A stretch of DNA of 41,884 nucleotides from Malacoraja senta (GCA_038087875.1 JAXLNO010000152.1:1-41884); one strand, 5' to 3'; positions 1 through 11,164 are shown, counted from the first letter of the stretch. Numbers and translations are program-made. Notes: generated by a model not told the origin, from the letters alone.

Positions 1-117
1 CACCGACGTCAGGTCCTCCTTTGTTCTTCCCCCCTCCCTATCCCCTCCCCCCCTCCCCCTCTCCAAAGACGTACAGGTTTGTAGGTTAATTAGCTTTGGT
101 TAAATTGTAAATTGTCC

Positions 118-314
118 ATGTGTAAGAAGGAACTGCAGATGCTGGTTTAAACCGAAGACAGACACAAAAAGCTGGAGTAACTCAGCGGGTCAGGCAGCAT
201 CTCCGGAGAGAAGAAACGGGTGTCGTTTCGGGTCGAGACCTTTCTTCAGGCGGGTCACCCATTCCTTCTCTCCCGCGATGCTGCCTGTCCCGCTGAGTTA
301 CTCCAGCATTTTTG
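118..314 (-). mobile_element. Penelope-like inverted terminal-repeat hairpin element (subfamily B)
   Basis: Arms gctggagtaactcagcgggtcaggcagcatc / gatgctgcctgtcccgctgagttactccagc; flanking near-direct repeat tgtaaattgtcc (106-117) / tgtaaaatgtcc (315-326). Confidence 0.7.
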
Positions 315-353
315 TGTAAAATGTCCCGAGTGTGTGTGTGTAGGATAGTGTAA

Positions 354-744
354 AGCCCCTGTCCCACTTAGGAGACCTAAACAGCAACCTCTGGTGACCT
401 TGCCCGCCACCCAAGGTTTCCATGAGGTCACCGGAGGTTTTGGTCACTCTCCCTAATGGTCGAAAGTGGTTTCCGCGTGGTCGAGGCTTCATCGAGGTTG
501 CTGCTATTTTTTCATCCTGATTAAAACTGGCCTCGACTAAAAATAAGTTGCTGTTTTAAAAATCGATAATGTTTTAGTCGCATGTCTAGTCAAAGCCGGT
601 TTTCTTCATAGTCGAGGAAGGTTTTCAACACATGCGTGGGAGGTGGGAGGAGGTTGCAGGTCACCTCGACCTTGATTTTTTTTTTGGGTGGCGGACAAGG
701 TCACCAGAGGTTGCTGTTCAGGTCTCCTAAGTGGGACAGGGGCT
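354..744. mobile_element. PIF/Harbinger-type MITE
   Basis: Long TIR agcccctgtcccacttaggagacct...aggtctcctaagtgggacaggggct; flanked by TAA/TTA. Confidence 0.85.
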
Positions 745-1502
745 TTAGTTAGTGTGCAGGGATCGCAGGGGCTGTTTCCGTGCTGTATCCCTAAATAAAC
801 TAAACTGAATAAACTTAACTCTGTATCAGGCATCTCAGAATCATATTGTTTCTGCTGTGTTGTCCGATTCATATTGTGTTTATTCAACAATTGGCGACGT
901 GCGTCCAATAAGACTAACAAATCCGAACCAGCTGACTTTTATTGAAGATTAGAATATGCAGACAGATTTGGATAAAGTTGACATATGCTGGCATTTAAAC
1001 TTCACACTACATAAAGACCGACGAATCACAATTTATGAGTGTGCTGTATGATTTCAAAAATTGGTTTTGACTTTTAAAGATCGCTTACTATTTTTATTAA
1101 AAGCTTTAATGGATTTTCATTTTACAGTAAGTCTCTGTAAACTTTAAAATCAATATCGATTTAGCACAAAAGCGAAAGCCATTGACTACAGATTGTGAGC
1201 AGCTGGGCGATCTAATCTAAGGGACCTAATTGAATTCTAATCCTAAAGATCATTTTAGCATCGGTGCCAAAAAAATAATCAAATCCTTCTGGAAAGCGCA
1301 TGAAAAAAAAAGTATCTAACTGAAAAGTGCAAGCCAATCTTAGACAGGGAGCCCAGGAAATGAGTATTTGAATATCACTTTATTCTACGCCTGCTTTAAC
1401 CATTTCAGACTTGTTTCTGAAACATGAGTTTCCTGTTTGAATCAGTCACCTGCAGTTCCCTTTTTTTTGTGGAAAAATACGACTGCGTGGTGTTTTATTT
1501 GT

Positions 1503-1880
1503 GTTGGAGGGAACTGGAGAGGCTGGTTTACACCGAAGATAGACACAAAATGTTGGAGTAACTCAGCGGGACGGGCAGCGTCTCTGGAGAGGAGGAAATG
1601 GGTGACGTTACGGGTCGAGACCCTCCTTCAGCCTGAGAGTCAGGGAGAGGGAGACACAGAGAGTACGCAAGGGTAAGGTGTGAAAACACAGATCAAAGGG
1701 GACGATGATCAAGGAAATGGGGAATGGTTCATTGTTGGCTGAGGGGAAGGTGACAAGGAGGCGTGAGATCTGTAATATTTAATCACGAGGAGAGTGAAAC
1801 TACTCGGAGAACTTGGATGGGGGAGGGACGGTGAGAGAGGGAAAGCAAGAGTTACTTTAAGTTAGAAAAATCAGTATTCA
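1503..1880 (-). mobile_element. Penelope-like element 3' fragment
   Basis: Terminal repeat shared with the hairpin elements; minus strand ends in an (M)NTDFSN-like C-terminus as in other copies. Confidence 0.65.
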
Positions 1881-2158
1881 GTTTCAGTTTCAGTTGAGTT
1901 TGTTGTCACTTGTGCTGAGTGAGGTACAGTGAAAAGCTTTTGTTGCGTGCTATCCAGTCAGCAGAAAGATTGGAAGACATGTTTACAATCGGGCCAAGCA
2001 GCGTATTTACAGTGTTACTGCAATACATTTATAGTACTGTACAAGGGAATGGCGTTTAGCTCAAGAGGAGTTTAAGAAGATCATGGTTAAAGTAAGAAAT
2101 GTTGTTCATGCCGCTGGGTTGTACGTTTTTTTTTCTCTGCAGCTGAAAGGTTTCAGAG

Positions 2159-2329
<171 letters not shown>

Positions 2330-2340
2330 GAGAATCCGAA

Positions 2341-2579
2341 AGGGCCTGTCCCACTTGGCCGATTTTTGTCGGCAACTGCCGGCATCATTGACTAATGTAT
2401 CAGGCCACCGAAAAATCTTCGGCGTGACACGACGCGACGACGTATTGACGCGCGGTGTTTCCTCAAGTGTCGCGACGTTTTTGTTGTCGCCGCTGGATTT
2501 TGAAACGTTCAAAATCTTTTGGCGACGCTGATAAGACGCCAGCAGTCGCCGAAAAAAATCGGCAAGTGGGACAGGCCCT
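2341..2579. mobile_element. PIF/Harbinger-type MITE
   Basis: TIR agggcctgtcccactt...aagtgggacaggccct; TAA on the right; CpG-rich interior. Confidence 0.85.
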
Positions 2580-3074
2580 TAAAGCTTGCGTGGTGATAAC
2601 AACGCTTCCGCCTGTCGGCAAACCTTTGCTAGGTCTTGCCGTCCCGTCTGGGGGGGGGGGGGGGGGGGGACGATCGGACAATGGAACCGCAAACGACCCG
2701 GATGCTGATAGTGCGGGAAATCGTCTTTAATAAACTCCTCAAGTCCATCCCATTGAGCACAAGCTTCAACCCAATCTAATAAATGCAGCGCTTTCAGAAA
2801 TATGTGTGTGGGCACAAACACCCTATTCAAGTTGGCGATGTTTATTTGCTCTTGGACTTGGAGCGCGACTTTACTAAGCCATCTACAGGTGAAGCGCTGT
2901 TTGTATGTATTTGCATTTTGATGCAGACCTCAAGGTGTGAACAAGTCTGACTTTATTTTGGGCTGCTGATATTTTTGGCCTTGTTGCTCATTTCATCAAT
3001 GCGTTGCTGCCGTGCGTTTAACTCTAGAGGCCGTTCAGTTCTGAAGGCATCGGATTTCCGCCATTAATTCAGTA

Positions 3075-3088
3075 CCAGCAGATGGCGC
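3075..3088 (+). promoter_or_regulatory. Candidate CTCF binding site
   Basis: CCAGCAGATGGCGC matches the CTCF core consensus; lies in non-repeat DNA. Confidence 0.5.
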
Positions 3089-3454
3089 CACAGTAGTATC
3101 CCACTAATAATATATTTTCCCCCTCGCTTGCAATGTAACATTGTATAAAAACTCCTTCTTTTAAAATTTTGAGCGTGAAACCAGACAGAAGAGGGGGGGG
3201 GGGGGGGAAGTATCTTTCTTTGGGAGGGGGGGGGGGGTTATTTTCAGACCATCCTGATAATCTCAAGGAAATCAATTATGCAAAACCAGGTGACGACGGA
3301 CGTCCCCCCCAAAGGTATCAGACTGTGAATGTGAGCGATACAGTCAGGGTTTCTTGGTATCAAGGTTTCCAGAAACACACGACTTGTGGCGTCACCAAGT
3401 TCAGGGTGAAATATTTGCATGGGTGGAACAGAACTGGGGTTATATAGAAAGGCA

Positions 3455-4202
3455 CAAACAGCAGGGGAGCAACTCAGCGGGTCAGGCAGCATCTCTGGAG
3501 CAAAAAGGAACGGGTGACGTTTCGGGTCGTGACCCTCGTTCGGACCGAGAGTCGGGGGAGAGGGAAACGAGAGGTGTAGACGGGCGATGTAGAGAGACGT
3601 GGAGCAGGTGAATGAAAGATATGCAAGAAATTAACGATGATGAAGGGAACAGGCCATTGTTAGCTGTGGGCTGGGTGAAACATAGAAACATAGACAATAG
3701 GTGCAGGAGTAGGCCAATCGGCCCTTCGAGCCTGCACCGCCATTCAATATGATCATGGCTGATCACCCAACTCAGTATCCTGTGCCTGCCTTCTCTCCAT
3801 ACCCCCTGATCCCTTTAGACACAAGGGCCACATCTAACTCCCTCTTAAATATAGCCAATGAACTGGCCTCAACTACCCTCTGTGGCAGAGAATTCCACAG
3901 ATTCACCACTCTCTGTGTGAGAAATGTTTTTTCTCATCTCGGTCCTAAAAGACTTCCCCCTTATCCTTAAATTGTGACCCCACTTGTTCTGGACTTCCCC
4001 AACATCGGGACCAATCTTCCTGCATCTAGCCTGTCCAACCCCATAAGAATCTTGTAAGTTTCTATAAGATCCCCCCTCAACAAGTTACAGATGATGAGAC
4101 TCAACAGGATACTGGGACAATGACTTGGGTGGGGGGGGATGGAGAGAGAGGGGATGCAAGGGTTATTTGAAGTTAGAGAAATCTATATTCATACCGCTGG
4201 GT
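3455..4202 (-). mobile_element. Penelope-like 3' fragment split by a CR1 insertion
   Basis: Minus strand near 4200 reads PSGMNIDFSNFK*; terminal repeat at 3455-3560; CR1 inserted at about 3680-4080. Confidence 0.7.
3680..4080 (-). mobile_element. CR1/HER1-like LINE 3' fragment
   Basis: (catagaaa)n tail; homologous to the CR1 ORF2 C-terminus and 3'UTR at 30503-31527. Confidence 0.85.
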
Positions 4203-4528
4203 TTCCATTAAGGCCATGTTTCTATTCCACTGTAGTCTCGTACGGCTGCAAAATAATCCACCGTTGCTTACGTCAGAATGCCTCTATATATTCAAGACAC
4301 TTTTCTTCCTCTTTCGCCCAGAAAAAAGATGTAACTTAAAGAAAAATATTACAAATTCCTGAAATAGGAATTCATCAGCTTGAAACAAATTTGTGTGTCA
4401 ATTGCCATTACCCAGCAAAGGTGGCGCCATGCTGATGTTAATTATTTCCAGTGAGAACTAAACTCAGTATGAACAAAATAGTAATTACATAAATAAGCAA
4501 AACCTGTAGAAAACACTTCTAAGTTACC

Positions 4529-5083
4529 GGGCGGCGTGGTGGCGCAGCGGTAGAGTTGCTGCCTTACAGCGCGTGCAACGCCGGGGACCCGCGTTCGATC
4601 CCGACCACGGGTGCTGTCTGTACGGAGCTTGTACGTTCTCCCCGTGACCCGCGTGGGTTTTCTCCCCGAGATGTTCGGTTTCCGCCCGCACTCCAAAGAC
4701 GTACAGGTTTGTAGGTTGACAAAAGTGGTGGAGAAACTCAGCGGGTGCGGCAGCATCTAGGCAGCGAAGGAAATAGGCGACGTTTCGGGCCGAAAAACCC
4801 GTCCTCAGTCTGAAGAAGGGTTTCGGCCCGAAACGTTGACTATTTCCTTCGCTCCGTAGATGCTGCCGCACCCGCTGAGTTTCTCCAGCACTTTTGTCTA
4901 CCTTCGATTTTCCAGCATCTGCAGTTCCTTCTTGAACAGGTTTGTAGGTTAATTGGCTTGGTGTAAAATGTAAATTGTCCCTAGTGGGTGTAGGGTAAGC
5001 GTTAATGTGCGGGGATCGCTGGTCGGCGCGGGCTCGGTGGGGCAGAATGGCCTGTTTCCGCGCTGTATCTCTCAACTAAACTA
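4529..5083 (+). mobile_element. HE1-like tRNA-derived V-SINE, interrupted at 4718-4935
   Basis: A box (tggcgcagcgg), B box (gttcgatcc), V-domain-like core, LINE-like tail gcctgtttccgcgctgtatctc(taaac)n. Confidence 0.85.
4718..4935 (+). mobile_element. Penelope-like inverted-repeat hairpin element (subfamily A) with hammerhead-like core
   Basis: Perfect 15-bp TSD acaggtttgtaggtt (4703-4717 / 4936-4950); ctgaaga-a-ggg..ccc-gaaac at 4810-4835. Confidence 0.8.
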
Positions 5084-5399
5084 AGATGAAGGTTGAGAGC
5101 TTCTTCTTGTAGAATGCATCTGTTTTCAAAAAGCACGCTTGGCTTTTTTTCTCCTGTTTTTTGAGTGTCAATTATTTTTTTATTTACAGTGTTAGGAATT
5201 GACAGTAATTCTATGCTATTTGTTCCCAAATTAACCTCGCTTCTTTCAGGTTTTCTGACGTTGCAGAATTCTAACCTGGCTCGGCGAGCCGCATTGTCAA
5301 AAATCGACCCCTTTCCGTTTCCCCCTGATTGTCGATGTTGACGGGAAAACGCATCGGCATCATTGCCAGAGAGGGCTGGAGTGTGCGATAAATAGGAGA

Positions 5400-5580
5400 G
5401 GAGACGAGAGGAGAGTTACAGACAATGTGCCTTCCATCACAGTGAGGTGGAGATTCACTGTGATGGGTGTTTTGTGTAAATTGTGTTGGTGTCTTGGTTC
5501 ATTTTCTTGTACGACTGCAGAAACCAAATTTCGTTTGAACTTCGATTGAGGTTCAAATGACAAATAAACGGTATTGTATT
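5400..5580 (+). mobile_element. 3' tail of GC-rich non-autonomous retroelement family
   Basis: ccttccatcacagtgagg...cactgtgatgg stem, aatttcgtttgaac...gttcaaatgac, (gtatt)n; same tail as 12222-13066. Confidence 0.6.
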
Positions 5581-6087
5581 GTGAAATTATTGTAGTTAAT
5601 CAGGTTACACTTTTGAAGGGTTAAGGACGAGGTTGCGAGATCGGTGTTTATGAACCAGCTTACGTTTGCGCGGTTTACCAGCATGTGCCGCGAGCTATTG
5701 GTTAAAAGACAGGAAATTGAGTTAAATGATGGCGTTGGTTGTGTTTTGAGTCCCGTGGTGCCTTTCTAAGATGTCTCGGAGTTGTCTGGCACGCAAGACA
5801 CAAATACATGTAAACGCCAGCACGGATGGCACGGTAGAAATCAGTTGTGAGACGGCAGGGAGCTAACTGCGGTGTCCTGAACACGGTACATTAGTTAGCT
5901 TTCCCACACTTCATCATTTAATTTGTATGGTTTCCAAATCATGGTGATTATCGCCTATTAGTACTCTCGGTGACAGAGGGCAAGTCAGTGTTGAAACAGA
6001 GTTAATAAGGCAGAAACACAAACTTAATTACTCCATTAGATAAGTCTGACTGGTGCGGAAATACCGCGAGACGCACATAATTTAAAT

Positions 6088-6128
6088 CGGGGGGGGTCGG
6101 CAACCTACGGCCTACGGGCCCGTAAGGC
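6088..6128 (-). mobile_element. Displaced terminus of a hAT-like element
   Basis: gggggtcggcaacctacggcc...gggcc terminus; flanked by atttaaat (6080-6087). Confidence 0.65.
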
Positions 6129-6468
6129 GGAAAAGGAGAAGCCCGTTAAGGCAGAGATAGGACATCTGGGTCAGCATGGGCGAGTTAGGCCGAAGGGCCT
6201 GTTTCCGTGCTGCGTGACTCGACGATGCTTCGTTGCTCCTCATAATTGTACCCAGGTTACAAGCTCACCAAAATAACAAAAAAGTAATCAATACATCAAT
6301 CACAGCATTGTGCAAGAAGGAACTGCAGATGCTGGTTTGCACCGAAGATAGACACAAAATGCCGGAGTAACTCAGCGGGACAGGCAGCATCTCTACTGAG
6401 GAAAGGTCTCGACCAGAAACGTCACCCGTCCCTTCTATCCGGAGGTGCTGCCGGTCCCGCTGAGTTAA

Positions 6469-6691
6469 GGGGCCTGTCCCACAAGCATGCGACTGCACGC
6501 GGCAAGCGCGACCAAACCGGAAGCGGGGGGCCGCGCGGAGGTCGAGTGAGTGACGTGAAGTTCGAGCGAAGTCCGCGGGAAGTTCGCGCGCGACGTACGG
6601 CGTCGAGACGCTGCGCACGCCCGTCGAGGCGGTGCGTACGGCGTCGAGGCGGCTGCGGGCCGGCAGGTCGCATGCTGGTGGGACAGGTCCT
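6469..6691. mobile_element. PIF/Harbinger-type MITE inside a Penelope-derived hairpin
   Basis: TIR ggggcctgtcccac...gtgggacaggtcct; TAA TSD; related to 36869-37224. Confidence 0.85.
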
Positions 6692-6778
6692 TAACTCCAG
6701 CGTTTTGTGTCTATCTTCATCTAATTCTTCCATATCATCTCACACCAGGGGGTTGGAAGTTTGCAGTTCCATTTACAT

Positions 6779-7110
6779 TGGGGGTCGGCAACCTTTGTTC
6801 TGCATAGGGGCCATGTCAGCGAGCGATCGGAATGGCGGGCCACGCCTATCGCCACAGTGTGACACTTGGTGTTGTTTTTTTCGCATTAGTTTCGCACGTG
6901 TTTCCCAATTCGTTTTCTGCAGTTCCCGGGTCCTTCGCTTGCCCCGGGACGAGCTGCAGTTCCCAGATCGGCTCACGTGGCCCGGGACTAGCTGTAGCGC
7001 CCAGGTCGCCTGCGTGCCCCGGGACTGGCTGCAGTTCCCAGGTCGCGAAAACGAATTGGGGAAAAAAAAAAAAACGCCCTGAGGGCCGGATGATTTCGGG
7101 TTACGGGCCG
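6779..7110 (+). mobile_element. hAT-like non-autonomous element (left end and body)
   Basis: Terminus tgggggtcggcaaccttt preceded by atttacat; subterminal gagggccggatga...cgggccg typical of hAT ends. Confidence 0.65.
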
Positions 7111-7356
7111 GGAAGGACCCGGGAACTGCAGAAAACGAATTGGGAAACACGTGCGAAACTAATGCGAAAAAAACAACACCAAGTGTCACACTGTGGCGAT
7201 AGGCGTGGCCCGCCATTCCGATCGCTCGCTGACATGGCCCCTATGCAGAACAAAGGTTGCCGACCCCCAATGTAAATGGAACTGCAAACTTCCAACCCCC
7301 TGGTGTGAGATGATATGGAAGAATTAGATGAAGATAGACACAAAACGCTGGAGTTA

Positions 7357-7579
7357 AGGACCTGTCCCACCAGCATGCGACCTGCCGGCCCGCAGCCGCC
7401 TCGACGCCGTACGCACCGCCTCGACGGGCGTGCGCAGCGTCTCGACGCCGTACGTCGCGCGCGAACTTCCCGCGGACTTCGCTCGAACTTCACGTCACTC
7501 ACTCGACCTCCGCGCGGCCCCCCGCTTCCGGTTTGGTCGCGCTTGCCGCGTGCAGTCGCATGCTGGTGGGACAGGCCCC
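7357..7579. mobile_element. PIF/Harbinger-type MITE (mirror copy in the palindrome arm)
   Basis: Reverse complement of 6469-6691. Confidence 0.85.
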
Positions 7580-7904
7580 TTAACTCAGCGGGACCGGCAG
7601 CACCTCCGGATAGAAGGGACGGGTGACGTTTCTGGTCGAGATCTTTCCTCAGTAGAGATGCTGCCTGTCCCGCTGAGTTACTCCGGCATTTTGTGTCTGT
7701 CTTCGGTGCAAACCAGCATCTGCAGTTCCTTCTTGAACAATGATGTGATTGATGTATTGATTACCTTTTCATTATTTTGGTGAGCTTGTAACCTGGGTAC
7801 AATTATGAGGAGCAACGAAGCATCGTCGAGTCACGCAGCACGGAAACAGGCCCTTCGGCCTAACTCGCCCATGCTGACCCAGATGTCCTATCTCTGCCTT
7901 ATCT

Positions 7905-8125
7905 CGGTGGAATTCTCTGTCACAGAAGGCAGTGGAGGCCAATTCACTGGATGTTTTCAAGAGAGAGTTAGATAGAGCTCTTGGAGCTAACAGAATCAAG
8001 GGATGTAGGGGAGAAGGCAGGAACAGGGTACTGATTCTGGATGATCAACCATGATCATATTGAATGGCGGTGCTGGCTCGAAGGGCCGAACGGCCTAATA
8101 CTGCATCGATTTTCTATGTTTCTAT
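7905..8125 (+). mobile_element. CR1-like LINE 3' fragment
   Basis: WNSLSQKAVEA...FKRELDR-like end plus 3'UTR and (tttctatg) tail. Confidence 0.75.
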
Positions 8126-8435
8126 CTAAACTGGTTCATTTTGCCCGCGTTTGACCCTCCCTTGTAATCTGGTATAATTATAAGGAATAATGCAGCATCA
8201 TAGATTGATACAGCCCGGTAACAGGCCCTTCGGCCCTACTTGCCCATGCTGACCCAGACGTCCCTTCCAAACCGGTTCCATTTGCCTGCATCCCTCCCTT
8301 TCCTCTCCATTCAAGAGTCAAGAGTGTGTTATTGTTGTAGGTACCAGAACGGAACAATTCTACCTTGCAGGTGCCTTACCTGTCCGAGTGACCTTTAATG
8401 CCGCTGTAGTACCTCGTGTGGACGCTCGATCCATC

Positions 8436-8754
8436 GGGGTGGCACGGTGGCACAGCGGTAGAGTTGGGGCCTTGCAGCGGCAGAGACCCGGGTTGGATCC
8501 TGACTACGGGTGCTGTCTGAATGGAGTTTGTACCTTCTCCCCGTGACCTGCGTGGGTTTTCTCCGGGTGCTTCGGTTTCCTCCCACACTTAAAGGGCGTA
8601 CAGGTTCGTAGATTAATTGGCTTCGGTTAAATTTGTGAATTGCCCCGATTGTGTTAGTGTACGGGGTGATCGCTGGTCGGCGCGGACTCGGGGGGCCCAA
8701 GGACCTGTTTCCGCGCTGTATCTCTGATTTAAACTAAACCTAACTAAACTAAAC
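8436..8754 (+). mobile_element. HE1-like V-SINE, near full length
   Basis: tRNA-like head, core and (taaac)n tail. Confidence 0.85.
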
Positions 8755-9262
8755 CACCCTCCGGCTGGAAAAAGTTGCTCCCTTTTGGTACATATTAAAT
8801 CTTTCCCCACCCACCGTAAACCTATGTCCTCTGGTTTCTGATTCCCCTACCCTGGGTAAAAGGACTTGTGCGTTCACCCTATCAATTGCTCGAAACGTCT
8901 CCCAGTTTGAAGAAGGGTCTCGATCCGAAACGCCACCCGTTCCTTCTCTCCAGAGATGCTGCCTGCCTGTCCCGCTGAGTTACGCCAGCATTTCGTGTCT
9001 ATCTATTGACGATGCCCCTATTGAGCAGTGGCCTCAATCCTATACTCCTCTTTGACCTGGAAGACAGGATAATGGAGGTAGTTATCGTTGAGACTGACGT
9101 GAGAGAGACTGCGGGCAACAAGGATTGCAGGGCGAAGATGGTGAATATCGTTTGATCCAGCCTGTCTGAATGCAAGGAGCACTACTTTAAAAGGCCGGCA
9201 ACGCGAGGAATTAAACTTCCCGTTTGTGCCCAAAGGTTTCTTGTTTAGGAATCGCAGGAACA

Positions 9263-9445
9263 TTCCAGAGCGTTTCGCAACTAATGAAGTACTTTTGAAG
9301 TGTGGTTAAATTATAATGGAAGGAAAGGCAGGAGGCAATTTCCCAGAATCATAAAAGGAGAGATGGTCTGGTTTTGGTGTTTTCTAGCAAGTAAGTGTTA
9401 ATCAGGACACCAGGAAGCCAGCCCACCTGTTTTTCTTTCAAGAGT
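9263..9445 (-). mobile_element. Possible ancient Deu-SINE (AmnSINE1/SacSINE1-like) remnant
   Basis: aatgaagtacttttgaagtgt and caggacacc...ctgttttctttc resemble the recalled reverse-complement consensus; probable continuation at about 10510-10580. Confidence 0.5.
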
Positions 9446-9467
9446 CAAGAGTGTTTGATTCTCACTG

Positions 9468-10261
9468 GGTGGCGCAGCGGTAGAGTTGCTGCCTCGCAGC
9501 GCTTACAGTTGCCAGAGACCCGGGTTCGATCCAGACCATGGGTGCTGTCTGTGCAGAGTTTGTACCTTCTCCCCGTGACCCGCGTGGGTTTTCTCCGAGA
9601 TAGAAACATAGAAACATAGAAAATAGGTGCAGGAGTAGGCCATTCGGCCCTTCGAGCCTGCACCGCCATTCAATATGATCATGGCTGATCATCCAACTCA
9701 GTATCCCGTACCTGCCTTCTCTCCATATCCCCTGATCCCCTTAGCCACAAGGGCCACATCTAACTCCCTCTTAAATATAGCCAATGAACTGGCCTCAACT
9801 ACCCTCTGTGGCAGAGAGTTCCAGAGATTCACCACTCTCTGTGTGAAAAGGTTTTTCCTCATCTCGGTCTTAAAGGATTTCCCCCTTATCCTTAAGCTGT
9901 GACCCCTTGTCCTGGACTTCCCCAACATCGGGAACAATCTTCCTGCATCTAGCCTGTCCAACCCCATAAGAATTGTGTACGTTTCTATAAGATCCCCTCT
10001 CAATCTCCTAAATTCTAGCGAGTACAAGCCGAGTCTATCCAGTCTTTCTTCATATGAAAGTCCTGACATCCCAGAGATCTTCGGTTTCCTCCCACACTCC
10101 AAAGACGTACAGGTGTGTAGGTTAATTGGCTCGGTACAAATCTAAAATTGTCCCTCATGTGCGTCGGGTAGTGTTAGTGTGCGGCGATCACTGGTCAGTG
10201 CGGACTCGGTGGGCCGAAGGGCCTGTTTCCGTGCTGTATTTCCAAACTAAATTAAACTAAC
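9468..10261 (+). mobile_element. HE1-like SINE split by an antisense CR1 fragment (9600-10072)
   Basis: Head 9468-9600, tail 10075-10261; insert translates on the minus strand to LSYEERLDRLGLYSLEFRRLRGDLIETY. Confidence 0.85.
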
Positions 10262-10297
10262 ATCATATGTACTGACAACGGAACAGAGAAATTCTTA

Positions 10298-10465
10298 AGG
10301 GCCTGTCCCACTTACGCGATTTTTTCGCCGACTTGCCGGCACCCGTCAAAGTCGCAGCAGGTGGGCGAAAACTTTCAACGTGTTGAAAATCCAGCGGCGA
10401 GCAGAAAAAGGTAGGACTCTTTGGGCGACTACTCACGACCGTACAGGCTTCACCCCGTGACGCAA
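10298..10465. mobile_element. Truncated PIF/Harbinger-type MITE (one TIR)
   Basis: TTA followed by agggcctgtcccactt; interior related to 2341-2579. Confidence 0.7.
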
Positions 10466-10751
10466 GCATAAAGGTCTGTAAACACAATACACGTAGATAA
10501 TATACAAGATCATCCAAGAAACAGCACTTTTAAGAGCGTAGCATTCTCTCAGTAACATGCTAAAGTATTAGCCTTGAGTGTGTGTGTGTGTGCGCAAGAT
10601 TTTTGAAGTGTCAAGAGCACTTTAATATCTTGTACCCTGAAAGGGAACAGTTAAATTCTTACTTGCAGCAGCACAACAGAATATGTAAACAGAATATTAT
10701 TTTGTAGCCATTATGAGAAACAGCAAAAAGTTTCCGCATTTATGTGTGGGT

Positions 10752-10989
10752 AGGCAAAATTGCTGGAGAAACTCAGCGGGTGCGGCAGCATCTATGGAGC
10801 GAAGGAAATAGGCAACGTTTCAGGCCGAAACCCTGAAGGAAATAGGCAACGTTTCGGGCCGAAACCCGGAAGGGTTTCGGGACGAAACGTTGCCTATTTC
10901 CTTCGCTCCATAGATGCTGCTGCACCCGCTGAGTTTATCCAGCAATTTTGTCCACCTTCTATTTTCCAGCATCTGCAGTTCCTTCTTGA
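10752..10989 (+). mobile_element. Penelope-like inverted-repeat hairpin element (subfamily A)
   Basis: 16-bp TSD gcatttatgtgtgggt / gcatttatatgtgggt; internal tandem duplication. Confidence 0.8.
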
Positions 10990-11092
10990 GCATTTATATG
11001 TGGGTGTGTGTCTCTGTCAAAATTCAATATATATATTAAAGAAAAACATTTTTGTACAATATAATTCAGTAAATTTATATGTATATTTACTG

Positions 11093-11131
<39 letters not shown>

Positions 11132-11164
11132 TATACACACACGCACACACACACACACAAACAA

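Larger units (their letters stand above)
61..810 (+). mobile_element. 3' part of HE1-like V-SINE, interrupted by a Penelope-derived hairpin and a Harbinger-type MITE
   Basis: ctccaaagacgtacaggtttgtaggttaatt...gctgtttccgtgctgtatc plus (taaac)n tail; matches the other SINE copies in the window. Confidence 0.75.
6147..7901. repeat. Large palindrome: 790-bp arms (6147-6936 / 7112-7901), 175-bp spacer
   Basis: Mirror ORF pairs whose coordinates sum to 14048; direct reverse-complement reading finds about 8 substitutions. Confidence 0.97.

Noticed and set aside
4412..4428. ccagcaaaggtggcgcc CTCF-like motif
   Set aside because: Spacing deviates from the core consensus.
4529..4610. tRNA gene
   Set aside because: The A/B boxes are the head of a SINE and continue into the SINE core; the same holds for all other copies.
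5230..5360. Splice acceptor (cttctttcag) and possible exon; similar case near 13829
   Set aside because: No convincing donor site or recognisable reading frame.
6265..7783. Paired ORFs of 103-178 aa as duplicated genes
   Set aside because: They cross unrelated TE fragments and are mirror products of the palindrome.
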